From an uncultured Alphaproteobacteria bacterium (GTDB lineage: Bacteria; Pseudomonadota; Alphaproteobacteria; Acetobacterales; Acetobacteraceae): a DNA stretch of 64,000 nucleotides. Location: contig CAVZTH010000043.1 of assembly GCA_963778125.1 (NCBI GenBank), positions 70,760 to 134,759 of the forward strand, written 5' to 3'. The notes under the pieces were generated by a model. It did no database searches. It was not told the origin of the DNA and saw only the letters and a list, made by a program, of their open reading frames with translations. Position 1 is the stretch's first letter, and each line of letters starts with the position of its first letter. Positions 34,392 to 44,079 of the stretch are shown here, piece after piece. Made by a program: the position numbers and the translations under genes.

Positions 34392-35254
34392 CCCGCCTGC
34401 GTCGCGTTCTGGTCACCGGCGCGAGCGGCTTTATTGGCCGTCACGCCGTCCCGCTTCTGCGAAGCCGGGGCTTTGAGGTGCATGCTATCGGCCGCGAACA
34501 AGCAGATCTCCTTGCGCCAGGCATCCCCGCCGCCCTCGTCAATCAGATCAGGCCGACACATCTGCTCCATTTGGCCTGGAATGCGACGCCAGGACGCTTC
34601 TGGACGGCGCCTGACAACCTCAACTGGGTGGCCGCAAGCCTAGCACTGCATCGTGCTTTTGCCGCTGCGGGCGGTGAGCGCGCCGTCTTCGCCGGCACCT
34701 GCGCCGAATACGATTGGTCGCACGCCGTGTTGGATGAGGCCGCCACTCTGTGCAATCCGTCAACCCTCTATGGTGTCGCGAAGGATTCGCTGCAGCGTTT
34801 GCTGCAAGCCTCGCCGGAGGGCGTAAGCCTCTCGTGGGGACGGGTCTTCTTCCTCTACGGCCCGCACGAGGCACCGACACGACTGGTACCGGACGTCATC
34901 ACCTCTCTCCTGGCAGGGCGTGAAGCACTGTGCAGCGATGGGCTTGTCGAGCGCGATTTCATGCATGTCGCGGACGTCGCGGCTGCCCTGATTGCCGTGC
35001 TGGAGAGTGACGTGACAGGTCCGATCAATATCGCATCCGGTTTCTGCCTGCCTTTGCGCGACGTCATCTGTCGAATAGCCGAGGAGATCGGGCGCCCGGA
35101 GCTGGTTCGCCTGGGCGCACGCCCGAATTCAGTGTCCGAACCGCCGCGCCTGGAGGCTGTGATCCACCGGCTGCGAGATGAGGTCGGTTTCCATCCGGCG
35201 CACAGTCTGGATGAAGGTCTTGCCGAAACGATAGCCTGGTGGCGTGCCCGCTGA
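34388..35254 (+). CDS. NAD-dependent epimerase/dehydratase (probable 4-keto sugar reductase)
   Basis: VLVTGASGFIG, HLAW, AGTCAEY, YGVAK, RDFMHV; GTGA overlap with rfbC. Confidence 0.9.
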   Translation: MTRLRRVLVTGASGFIGRHAVPLLRSRGFEVHAIGREQADLLAPGIPAALVNQIRPTHLLHLAWNATPGRFWTAPDNLNWVAASLALHRAFAAAGGERAVFAGTCAEYDWSHAVLDEAATLCNPSTLYGVAKDSLQRLLQASPEGVSLSWGRVFFLYGPHEAPTRLVPDVITSLLAGREALCSDGLVERDFMHVADVAAALIAVLESDVTGPINIASGFCLPLRDVICRIAEEIGRPELVRLGARPNSVSEPPRLEAVIHRLRDEVGFHPAHSLDEGLAETIAWWRAR

Positions 35255-35396
35255 TGACAGACACCGAGAATAGCTTGCCTGAGCGTTACGCGACCGTGGC
35301 AAAGCGGGTGTCGGGGCGGGAGGCGGATTTCCTGACCCTGGCACTGAACGCACTTGGGCCCTTAAATAGGGTTAAAGCTTCCGCCTGGAGATCGCT

Positions 35397-36584
35397 GTGA
35401 TTTCGTTCCAGATTCATCGTCGCGTTCCGCTGTTGCGCCGTCCGTTTTATCAGCGGGATAAGGCCATCGCAGAGCGGGATCATGCGATCGCGGAGTTGGA
35501 TAGGCTCCAGGCCGAGCTCCAAACCCTGGAAGCGAGGGATCGTACCTATTGGTGGCGGCACCGAAGCGGTAAACGAACCGCAGGTGAGAGCGGTGTCACG
35601 GGCCCGTCGCAGGCCGACGATGCGTCACTCGTTGCGCGCATCATCGCGGCGTACAGGCCAGCGAGTGCCACGGCGCTCGGCGATCAAAGCTCGGTATGGC
35701 TGCCGTCAACCAAGTCCTCAATTCATGATGCGCTCATGAGCCGGGAAGCGGAGACCGTCGTAGCCCCGATGCTGCGCGACCCGGGTAGCAATATGTTGTT
35801 CTACGGATTCGACAACCTCTCGTCCGGCACCAGGGATCCCAACCAGATATGGGATAACACACACCATGTTCGTGTCTATGACGACTTATTGCGGCTCAGC
35901 GAGGCCGTCGGCGTACAGCCGCTGGAATATCCCGAAGGGCCTGAACAACGCCCGGCACCCGATCCCGAAGTCATCCTTCGCGACCTTGACACCGCATTCG
36001 GTTTCACCATCCAGTTTCCAAATCCATACCCTGACGAAGTCGGTCTCAAAACCTCGCGTGGCGTCGCAAGTTATCGCGCCATGCAGGGCCTGTATCAGGC
36101 ATATCGCGTCGCCGAACTGGTTCGCGATCGGCCCAACGCCCGAGTGCTCGAGATTGGCGGAGGGCTAGGCCGCACCGCGTTCTACGCCTGGAAATTTGGG
36201 CTCCACGACTACACGCTGATTGACCTGCCTATGACGAACGTTGCGCAGGCCTATTTTCTCGGGCGTGCCCTTGGCCCCGACGCAATCAGCCTTTTCGGTG
36301 AGGATCGCCCCGGTATACGTATCCAGCCGCCGGCTGTGTTCCTCGACGCAGCAGATCGCTACGACCTGGTGGTAAATGTGGACGCGCTGCCCGAAATGGC
36401 GGCCGAGACCGCGACCGCCTATTGCCGGGCGATCAAGGCGCGGGCCGATATATTCCTTTCGATCAACCACGAATACAACGCCCTGACAGTGCGAGAAATC
36501 TGCGCCGGACTGAGCATGCGCGCCGAGTCTCGGATGCCCTACTGGCTACGACGTGGATACGTCGACGAGGTGTTCAGGCTTTGA
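35397..36584 (+). CDS. Putative sugar O-methyltransferase
   Basis: SAM motif VLEIGGGLGR, YTLIDLP, DLVVNVDALPEM; N-terminal coiled coil RRPFYQRDKAIAERD. Confidence 0.75.
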   Translation: MISFQIHRRVPLLRRPFYQRDKAIAERDHAIAELDRLQAELQTLEARDRTYWWRHRSGKRTAGESGVTGPSQADDASLVARIIAAYRPASATALGDQSSVWLPSTKSSIHDALMSREAETVVAPMLRDPGSNMLFYGFDNLSSGTRDPNQIWDNTHHVRVYDDLLRLSEAVGVQPLEYPEGPEQRPAPDPEVILRDLDTAFGFTIQFPNPYPDEVGLKTSRGVASYRAMQGLYQAYRVAELVRDRPNARVLEIGGGLGRTAFYAWKFGLHDYTLIDLPMTNVAQAYFLGRALGPDAISLFGEDRPGIRIQPPAVFLDAADRYDLVVNVDALPEMAAETATAYCRAIKARADIFLSINHEYNALTVREICAGLSMRAESRMPYWLRRGYVDEVFRL

Positions 36585-36892
36585 GGCAGGAAGATATGCG
36601 TATCCGAAGGCAGCCATGTGTTACGCTGGTCGCCCCATCCACGCGCGCTATCGGTGGAAGCAATCCGCGTGATTTCCTGCGCGGTGTCAATTGAGAAGTT
36701 TGTGCGTGTTGGCATTTGACGTGTGTGCTACTCAGCTCCCCAACCGTGGATTGTATGGCCGGCGCGCGCCGGGGCCGGACCGGATCACAGGTGTTCTGGA
36801 GGCTGGGATTGCAACGCATTTGGCGTCACGGCTATTTTCGGCTGTTCGGCTTTCCCTGTAAGGTCGACGCCAGTTCCGAGCATGCCCCGATC

Positions 36893-39800
36893 ATGACGCG
36901 CCCCTTGTTTTCCATCCTGCTTCCCAGTCGCAACCGGCTTGAATTGCTGCGTCACGCAGTCGACAGCGTCCTGCGCCAAGACGCCGATCTGGAAATTGTC
37001 ATCGCCGACAATGCATCAGATGAGTCCTATAGCGATTACATATCGTCTCTCGGCGCCATCGCCGCGCGGTCGGTACGGAGCAAACGCCCCCTGACGGTCA
37101 CGGAGAACTGGAACCGGGCACTCGCTGCCTCTACAGGCCGGTACGTCGTCATGATGGGCGACGACGACGCGCTTGTCCCCGGCTGGCTTGCAAAGGCAAC
37201 GAGATTGTTTCGTCAATTTGACGAACCGGATGCGCTTTACGCCATGGCGCACCACTACGCGTATCCCGGTGTCGTGCCGAGCCGGCCGGAGGGATACTTG
37301 GCGACCGTTGACAATTCAGAGCTTTTTCGCGCCTTTGACCAGCCGTATTTGCTTGCCCGCAAATGTGCTTTGGTGGTCGGAGAGCAGGCCCTGCGTTTTC
37401 GGCACAGATTTAGCTTCAATAGCCAGCATTTCATTTGGAACAGACACTTTATCGAGTCATTGTCTGGTACCGGAACGTTCTTTCAAGGACCATATCCCGA
37501 CTACTATACTTCCATGGTCACCATGCTTGCGGCGCAGAAAATCGTCGTCGTTCCGACGGCCGAGGTCATTATTGGGATATCGCCAAAGTCCTTCGGATTT
37601 TATTACCACAACGAGCAATATGACAGCGGCCAGCACATGCTTGGCAATGCCGCCCTGGATGACGCCTGGTTGACAGGGCAATCAGACGAGGTAAGGGCTG
37701 CTGTCGCCTTTCCGGGTTCCGCACATTTGCGCAATTGGCTGATTGCCGCGCTTCTGGTCGCGCGCAATTTCAGGCAGTCGGGGGAAGTGGACGTCCGCCG
37801 CTACCGGCGTCTACAAATCCTGGAATTTGTTTCGGGTCATACCGGCCGGGATCTCGGCACGGCTGAGCGGCTCAGGCTGTTGAAGCCTTACCTGCAGTCG
37901 TTTGAACTGCGGTTGCTGGAGCAACTTGGCTGGCTTGAGCGGGTCGGCCAACGCCTCCCGATCGGCAGCGATGTGCTTAGGAATTCGGTGGGCGGATTGG
38001 GGGCGATATACACGCAGGCCGTGGTCACCGAACATAACATCGGCGAACACAGCTCGATCGCCGACGCCTACCGCTGGCTCGCTGGTGAAACTCATGCCGG
38101 ACCGGCAGTGCCTGCTGCGTCCGACCCGGAGACGGAGGAGACGCCGCTCGACGCTTTCACGCCGGTCACGCAGCATGGTGAAGAACCGAACATCGAGCAG
38201 CAAGAGGCGGTCACGCAGCGTGATGAGGAACTGGACAGCGAGCAGGAAGAGGCGGTCACGCAGCGTGATGAGGAACCGGACAGCCAGCAGGAAGAGGCAG
38301 TCATAGATCTTCCACTTCCAATTCTTGATCCGCTCACGACTACGACAGACGGTAAAACGATCGCCGTTGTTTATCTGGCGCGATCAGCGGACGGCTCTGT
38401 GAGCGATTTCGAGCCGTTCATTACGTCATACCGGCTGCATGATGCGGGGATTCCCCACGACCTGATCATCGTCCGAAAAGGTCTACATCAGCGGCCTGGC
38501 TCACAGGCTGCTCTGACCGAGATGCTGAACGGCATTCCGCATCGAGCGGTTGATGTTTTGGATGACGGCTTCGACATCCAAGCCTATCTCAAGGTGACGC
38601 CTTATCTGCGGCACGACCGCGTCTGCTTCCTGAACACTTTCTCGCAAATCGGAGCCGGCAACTGGTTGAGGAGCCTGAACGCCCCGCTTGACCGCGACGA
38701 TGTCGGCATGTCCGGAGCGACCGGGTCCTACGAGAGCCTTTTCACGTCGCTATTCTTCCTCTACAAGGTAATTTGGTTAACATCTGTCCAAAGCATTCAG
38801 TATTCTCCGAAGATTGCCGAGCAGTACCGTGAATTACTGAGCGGACAAGCGCAGAATTGGCTCGGCAAGCGCGGCGGCATCTGGATGCAGATCAAGCGTG
38901 AACTAGCCCGTCCAATACTCGGGCGTCCCTTCAATACCGATGAGATAGAAGCAGGGTTCGGTATGCAGTGGGAAACGCTTACGCGACCTGGAGCGGTGCT
39001 GTTTCCATTTCGTGACTTCAGGCCGTTCCCGAACCCGCATCTTCGCAGCAACGCTTTCATGATATCACGTCAACTGTTGATCGATCTCGACTTCAAACTG
39101 GACAATACAAAGGGCGCCACCAATCGGTTCGAGAGTGGTCCGGACGGATTGCCGACGGCTCTAGCGCAGCGAGGCCTGTCCTCCGTTCTCGTCGGTGCCG
39201 ACGGCGTCGGCTACGAAGTCGCAGACTGGCCGAAAAGCGTTACCTTTCGCCTGGGCGACCAGGCCAATGTGCTGGTGACCGACAACCAGACGCGTGGCTT
39301 CTCGGCTATGTCGAAATGGCAGAAGACATTGCATGAGCGTATGACCTGGGGTGACTTTTTATCAGCAAAAGAGCCTAAAATCATCGATTTCGGCGTCAAA
39401 TTTCCCCGGGGCGGCCTCGATCTCGCGCCGTCCTTCGCGGAACCTCGGCCCGTTGCCTCAAGCCGGACTGACTTGTTCTTCTCTGTCGTTATTCCCACCC
39501 ACGACCGGCTTGACCTGCTCCGCGATGCACTTAGCTCTATCTCAGGGCAGTCCGGACAAAATTGGGAATGCGTGGTTTTTGACAACGCGTCGGAAGCGCC
39601 TGTCGCGGAGTATGTTTCGTCGCTCAACGACTGTCGGATTCGCTATGAGCGCTCAGACGAATTTCTTCCCATGACCGCAAGCTGGAACCGCGCAATCGAT
39701 CTGGCCAGGGGCGATTACGTTACGCTTATCGGCGACGATGATGGGCTGGCGCCAAACTACTTCGAGAAGATCGCTGACCTCGTCGCGACGTTCGACCATC

Positions 39801-40711
39801 CAAACGTGGTCTGCTCCTCGGTCTACCAGTTCCTTCGTCCGGCCGTGGCATCCTGGGAACGTGCAGGCTACGTCGTTGAGTTCAGGAACGGCTTCTTCTT
39901 CCAGAATCGCTCGGAACCTTTCCTGTTGAACCCACAGGCGGCCCAAAGGGCGGTCGCGGGTTCGCTAACCCTACGGCGAAATTTCGGGTTTAAAATGCCA
40001 GCCTTCACCTTCAGCCGCGCATTCCTGAATCAGGTACGGACTGAGGGCGTCGTCTTCCATTCGCCGTTCCCAGACTGCTATCTGGCGAACGTCGCAATGG
40101 GGATGGGCAGCACGATTGCGATATCACCGGAACCGCTCGCCATCGCCGGTGTGTCGCGGCCCTCGGTCGGCGGCACATCTTTCAACCTTGAGGAAATGGG
40201 CACGGCACTGCCGAACGCAAACCTGCGCGGGGATAGTCTTTACAGTGCATGCGAACCGCTGTTGCTGTCTGGGCCCGCGTACAACACCAACTACGTCATC
40301 ACCATGGAACATGTGGTGCGGAAACTTGGCGGCCGGACACCGGCGCCGGTCGACTACCAACGCTACCGGCGGCTCCAGATCTACTCGGTTATTACCGCGC
40401 AGAATGACTTATACTGGATGCGGAGGCGGCCAGGATCGATGCTGTGGGCGAAGCTGACGCCGACGGAGCGATCGTGGGCACTTTACCTCGGCTTCCTTAA
40501 TTGGAAGGCAAAGTCCGGCAGCATCAGTCAAGCGAGGTCGATCGACGCCACCAGGAGGAAGGTCGAACCTTGCGACTTCACCCCGATCCAAACGAACCGG
40601 GTTGTCGGACTTTTTGCCCGGTTGACGGAATTGTTCGGTGCGCTCCACGCCGGGACCTACCCTGACCGAGCGCTGCCGACTGCGGTTCGCGTGATCGACG
40701 GAACATCGTAA
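36893..40711 (+). CDS. Multi-module glycosyltransferase (GT2 - central domain - GT2)
   Basis: N-terminal FSILLPSRNR..DNAS..NWNRAL..MGDDDAL and C-terminal FSVVIPTHDR..DNAS..SWNRAI..IGDDDGL; central domain with DGFDI, CFLNTFS, FPNPHLRSNAF. Confidence 0.85.
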   Translation: MTRPLFSILLPSRNRLELLRHAVDSVLRQDADLEIVIADNASDESYSDYISSLGAIAARSVRSKRPLTVTENWNRALAASTGRYVVMMGDDDALVPGWLAKATRLFRQFDEPDALYAMAHHYAYPGVVPSRPEGYLATVDNSELFRAFDQPYLLARKCALVVGEQALRFRHRFSFNSQHFIWNRHFIESLSGTGTFFQGPYPDYYTSMVTMLAAQKIVVVPTAEVIIGISPKSFGFYYHNEQYDSGQHMLGNAALDDAWLTGQSDEVRAAVAFPGSAHLRNWLIAALLVARNFRQSGEVDVRRYRRLQILEFVSGHTGRDLGTAERLRLLKPYLQSFELRLLEQLGWLERVGQRLPIGSDVLRNSVGGLGAIYTQAVVTEHNIGEHSSIADAYRWLAGETHAGPAVPAASDPETEETPLDAFTPVTQHGEEPNIEQQEAVTQRDEELDSEQEEAVTQRDEEPDSQQEEAVIDLPLPILDPLTTTTDGKTIAVVYLARSADGSVSDFEPFITSYRLHDAGIPHDLIIVRKGLHQRPGSQAALTEMLNGIPHRAVDVLDDGFDIQAYLKVTPYLRHDRVCFLNTFSQIGAGNWLRSLNAPLDRDDVGMSGATGSYESLFTSLFFLYKVIWLTSVQSIQYSPKIAEQYRELLSGQAQNWLGKRGGIWMQIKRELARPILGRPFNTDEIEAGFGMQWETLTRPGAVLFPFRDFRPFPNPHLRSNAFMISRQLLIDLDFKLDNTKGATNRFESGPDGLPTALAQRGLSSVLVGADGVGYEVADWPKSVTFRLGDQANVLVTDNQTRGFSAMSKWQKTLHERMTWGDFLSAKEPKIIDFGVKFPRGGLDLAPSFAEPRPVASSRTDLFFSVVIPTHDRLDLLRDALSSISGQSGQNWECVVFDNASEAPVAEYVSSLNDCRIRYERSDEFLPMTASWNRAIDLARGDYVTLIGDDDGLAPNYFEKIADLVATFDHPNVVCSSVYQFLRPAVASWERAGYVVEFRNGFFFQNRSEPFLLNPQAAQRAVAGSLTLRRNFGFKMPAFTFSRAFLNQVRTEGVVFHSPFPDCYLANVAMGMGSTIAISPEPLAIAGVSRPSVGGTSFNLEEMGTALPNANLRGDSLYSACEPLLLSGPAYNTNYVITMEHVVRKLGGRTPAPVDYQRYRRLQIYSVITAQNDLYWMRRRPGSMLWAKLTPTERSWALYLGFLNWKAKSGSISQARSIDATRRKVEPCDFTPIQTNRVVGLFARLTELFGALHAGTYPDRALPTAVRVIDGTS
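38165..38302 (+). repeat. Three in-frame 45-bp tandem repeats (acidic linker, about VTQRDEEPDSQQEEA)
   Basis: Units start gtcacgcag at 38165, 38210 and 38255. Confidence 0.92.
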
Positions 40712-41734
40712 TTGCTCACCGAACCCGCTGGCTTAGGCTCTCAGCCACTTACTCAGATCCATATTCACCAGGCTCGCCAAGCGCCTCACATCATTGACGA
40801 ACTCACCTCTCAAGCTTTCATATTCAACGCTCGACAGCTCGGCCCTTGGGCCGGTTCCGTTTTCTTCCCCGATTGCGAGGTTATTGATTCCCCCCGATGC
40901 GGGGGCCGGATCAGCTGTTTGAGACGTCGCAGAACCGTATCTTTCCGATACGTCGACCTTCATTGGCGACAGTGCCAGAAATTCGAAGACAGACTGGACG
41001 ACCGCTTGCGTTGCGCTGCTGAATTGCTCAAATATAATGACCTTGACGTTGTTCTGGCCAAATTTTTGCTGAAAGTCCTCTACACCGTCGGCGTAAAGAC
41101 CCCGGCGCACGTGCGCAAAGATGGGGTCGTAGCCCTCGGCGAAACGCCGCTTCTCCTCGCGAAGGGACTCCGCAAAGGACAGCGTTTGGAAATTCGCCGC
41201 GATCGAGTGCTGATATTCGGAATAGGCCCGGTCGATGGGATCGCGCAGCATCACGATGATTTTGGCGTCAGGGTTCCACGCGTGAAGTCGCTCAGCCACA
41301 CCTGGGCGTGACAGGTAATCTGTCGAGGCCTCGCCCAATATCGCGCCTGGGGGAGCGTCACAAAACAGACGAAGATATTCGTCGGGAGCCGTCACTATGC
41401 TTGGATGGAACTGCTTCGTGCCGAACTCGAAGCTGGCGACGGGGTAGTCGCAAAAGAACCGCGGCTCTTTGTTTTCCGGCATGAACACGCGCGGGTGCTG
41501 CTGCAGATATCGATAAAGGGATGTGGTCCCGCACTTGGGGGCACCGACTATCACGAAGTGCGGAATTGAGGATCGATTTCGCCTGACTGGCGGCCCCGAA
41601 CTTCCCTTCCAGTTAAGGAAGCCGAGGTAAAGTGCCCGCCATCGCTCCGTCGGCGTCAGCTTTCCCATAGCAGTGATCCTGAAGGCCTCCGCATCCGGTT
41701 AAGTCATTCTCCGAGATACTGGAAACCCGAGTAG
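40381..41734. repeat. Diverged inverted repeat of about 160 bp: 40381-40543 (+) versus 41571-41734 (-)
   Basis: For example aagctgacgccgacggagcgatcgtgggcactttacctcggcttccttaattggaagg (+) versus aagctgacgccgacggagcgatggcgggcactttacctcggcttccttaactggaagg (- strand). Confidence 0.9.
40733..41668 (-). CDS. PAPS-dependent sulfotransferase
   Basis: 5'-PSB motif IVGAPKCGTTSL, KEPRFF, GEASTDY, 3'-PB motif MLRDPIDRAYSEY. Confidence 0.9.
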   Translation of the reverse strand: MGKLTPTERWRALYLGFLNWKGSSGPPVRRNRSSIPHFVIVGAPKCGTTSLYRYLQQHPRVFMPENKEPRFFCDYPVASFEFGTKQFHPSIVTAPDEYLRLFCDAPPGAILGEASTDYLSRPGVAERLHAWNPDAKIIVMLRDPIDRAYSEYQHSIAANFQTLSFAESLREEKRRFAEGYDPIFAHVRRGLYADGVEDFQQKFGQNNVKVIIFEQFSSATQAVVQSVFEFLALSPMKVDVSERYGSATSQTADPAPASGGINNLAIGEENGTGPRAELSSVEYESLRGEFVNDVRRLASLVNMDLSKWLRA

Positions 41735-41813
41735 CAATCGAAATACCCCTTCGTGGAGGCGGAAACCGCAGTCAAGTGCTATAACCATCCAGCGCAATCG
41801 TCAACACCGCTTC

Positions 41814-42731
41814 TCAGATTAGGTCCGGCCGCATGTCCGAGAAGAGGCCAACGCCGAGCAGATTGATACGCGGATGGGCCACTTTCCGGATCTGAATGCG
41901 GCGCTTCAGGCCCTCGAACTCCGCAAGCGCGGCTTCCTTCGTGCTGCTGGTGATCCCCCGGTTATCCCAGAAGACGCGCATCTTCTCCGCATATTGCTGC
42001 TTGTCGTAGGAGAAATACTTCCACGACAGGATAAGGTGGCTCACCGCCATGTAATACTCGTGCAAGGGGACCGAGTAGCTGTTGTACCGCTCCTCGAACA
42101 GCCCCTTAGTCATATGTGCCGCAATCGCGTCGTATCGATAGATACACGTTCCGCCGTCGAGCCATGCCCTCCAGCTCAGATCAACATCCTCGCAATACAG
42201 AAAGATGGTTTCATCAAAGCCGCCCTGCCGCTCAAAAAAGGCACGGGACAGAAGGACGCATGCACCGCTGCACCAATCGACCTCCAACGTCCGCGGATCG
42301 AACGCCCGCGGCGGATTCTCGATGGGAAACTGGCGAGCTTCGACAATAAACGCCTTTCCACCGCTTTCGTCGTATGACGAATAGAGCTTGTCCACGACAT
42401 CCGGCAACAGGATCATGTCGGGATTTATCGTCATAAACGCGTCGAATCCCTCAGCCCTTCTGCTTGAATACTCGTTCCAGATCAGGTTCTGCTTCTCGCC
42501 GTAGCCACACTTTTTATCGATCAGAATTGGATTAATGACGAGCGAATCGCGCGAAAACGATTCGAGCCGGGCGATCATGACATCGGATACCGGCTCATAG
42601 ATCCCGATCTGCACAATGAACCGATATTTGTTACCGAGTCCGTCCTGCTGACGCAGCGACATCAGGCAGTCCTCGATGTAACGCAAAAGCTCCGCGGCGT
42701 TGGCAAGAATTTGGATTGGGATCGTAATCAT
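41814..42731 (-). CDS. Glycosyltransferase family 2
   Basis: GYGEKQN, INPDMIL, DWCSGAC, GFDETIFLYCEDVDLSWR. Confidence 0.88.
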   Translation of the reverse strand: MITIPIQILANAAELLRYIEDCLMSLRQQDGLGNKYRFIVQIGIYEPVSDVMIARLESFSRDSLVINPILIDKKCGYGEKQNLIWNEYSSRRAEGFDAFMTINPDMILLPDVVDKLYSSYDESGGKAFIVEARQFPIENPPRAFDPRTLEVDWCSGACVLLSRAFFERQGGFDETIFLYCEDVDLSWRAWLDGGTCIYRYDAIAAHMTKGLFEERYNSYSVPLHEYYMAVSHLILSWKYFSYDKQQYAEKMRVFWDNRGITSSTKEAALAEFEGLKRRIQIRKVAHPRINLLGVGLFSDMRPDLI

Positions 42732-42846
42732 ACCACAGCGAGCCTCTCAGGAATCGACGCTACGGCAAAATAGCCGCGGTCATCGACGCGCTGCTTCGGC
42801 TCGATTTAGCGTGACACTCCATGGATGTCAGTCGGGCGGATATGCA

Positions 42847-44079
42847 TCAAAGAAGTTCGACTTGTGGGATCGGCACGGCAAAACGACCGCCCCACTCGCG
42901 CACCGCAGCCATCTGCTCCATCACCTCCTCTTTCAGGTTCCACGGCAGGATCAGCACGTAGTCGGGCCGCGTCAACAGGATCTGCTCCGGCGCGTGGATC
43001 GGGATGCGCACTCCTGGCACAAGCCGACCCTGCTTGTGCGGACTGCGATCGACCGTAAATTCAATGAGCTCGGGACCGATACCGCAGTAGTTGAGCAGCG
43101 TGGTGCCCTTCGCCGGAGCGCCGTAGGCGGCAAGCCGCTTGCCCTCGCGTCGCACGCGCAGGCAGAATTCGAGGATGTCGCACTTGCTCGCGACGACCTG
43201 CTTGCCGAACCGCCGGTAGACATCAAGCGATTCCAGTCCTGCCTCGCGCTCACGCCCGATGATGGCCGCGACCGACGGCAGCGTGGAATGGCGTGCACTC
43301 TCGGAATGACAGACAAACACGCGGAGCGAGCCGCCATGCGTCGGCAGCTCCTGGACGTCGAACAGCCGAAGTCCGTGGTGAGTCATGATGCGCTCGACGA
43401 CCAGCAGCGAAAAGTACGAGAAATGCTCGTGATAGATCGTGTCGTACTGATTCTGCGCAATCAGCTGAAGCAGATGCGGGAACTCTACGGTGAGTACGCC
43501 GTCGGGCTTGAGCAGGATCTTAAATCCGCGAACAAAGTCGTTCAGGTCCGGGACGTGGGCCATAACATTGTTGGCGGCGATCACGTCCGGAGCGACGCCC
43601 GCGGCTTTCAGGCGAGTTGCGGTGCCCGCGCCGAAGAACGCGACCTCGGTCGGTATTCCTTTGGCGATTGCCACATCAGCAACATTTGCCGCCGGCTCGA
43701 CACCGAGCGCTTTGACGCCGCGCTTGACGAAATACTGAAGAAGGTAGCCGTCGTTGCTCGCGATCTCGACGATCTGCGAATCCGCGTCCAGCGCATATCG
43801 CGCGATCATATGGTCGGCGTAAGCGGCGGCGTGACGCAGCCAGCCTTCAGAAAACGAAGAAAAGTACAGGTAGTCCTCAAAGATATGTTCTGGAGACTCA
43901 AACTCATCAAGCTGAACCAGATAGCACTTCTCACAAACGAAGGCGTGGAGCGGATAAAACGGCTCCATCCGCTGGGCGTTCTCCGGCGCAACGAACGCGT
44001 TAGATAGCGGCGACATCCCAAGATCGGCAAAGTTCTCAGTCAAACGGTTGCCGCAAAAACGGCAGTGGTTGTCACGCAT
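42847..44079 (-). CDS. NDP-sugar C-methyltransferase (C3-methyltransferase family, zinc-binding N-terminus)
   Basis: CRFCG...DLGMSPLSN...CEKCYLVQ, EIASNDG, DTIYHEHFSY, PTHGGSLR, YGAPAKGTTLLN, ILPWN. Confidence 0.9.
   Translation of the reverse strand: MRDNHCRFCGNRLTENFADLGMSPLSNAFVAPENAQRMEPFYPLHAFVCEKCYLVQLDEFESPEHIFEDYLYFSSFSEGWLRHAAAYADHMIARYALDADSQIVEIASNDGYLLQYFVKRGVKALGVEPAANVADVAIAKGIPTEVAFFGAGTATRLKAAGVAPDVIAANNVMAHVPDLNDFVRGFKILLKPDGVLTVEFPHLLQLIAQNQYDTIYHEHFSYFSLLVVERIMTHHGLRLFDVQELPTHGGSLRVFVCHSESARHSTLPSVAAIIGREREAGLESLDVYRRFGKQVVASKCDILEFCLRVRREGKRLAAYGAPAKGTTLLNYCGIGPELIEFTVDRSPHKQGRLVPGVRIPIHAPEQILLTRPDYVLILPWNLKEEVMEQMAAVREWGGRFAVPIPQVELL

Noticed and set aside
38165-38302. 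Regularly spaced repeats considered as a CRISPR array
   Set aside because: They are in-frame coding tandem repeats with no unique spacers and no cas genes nearby.
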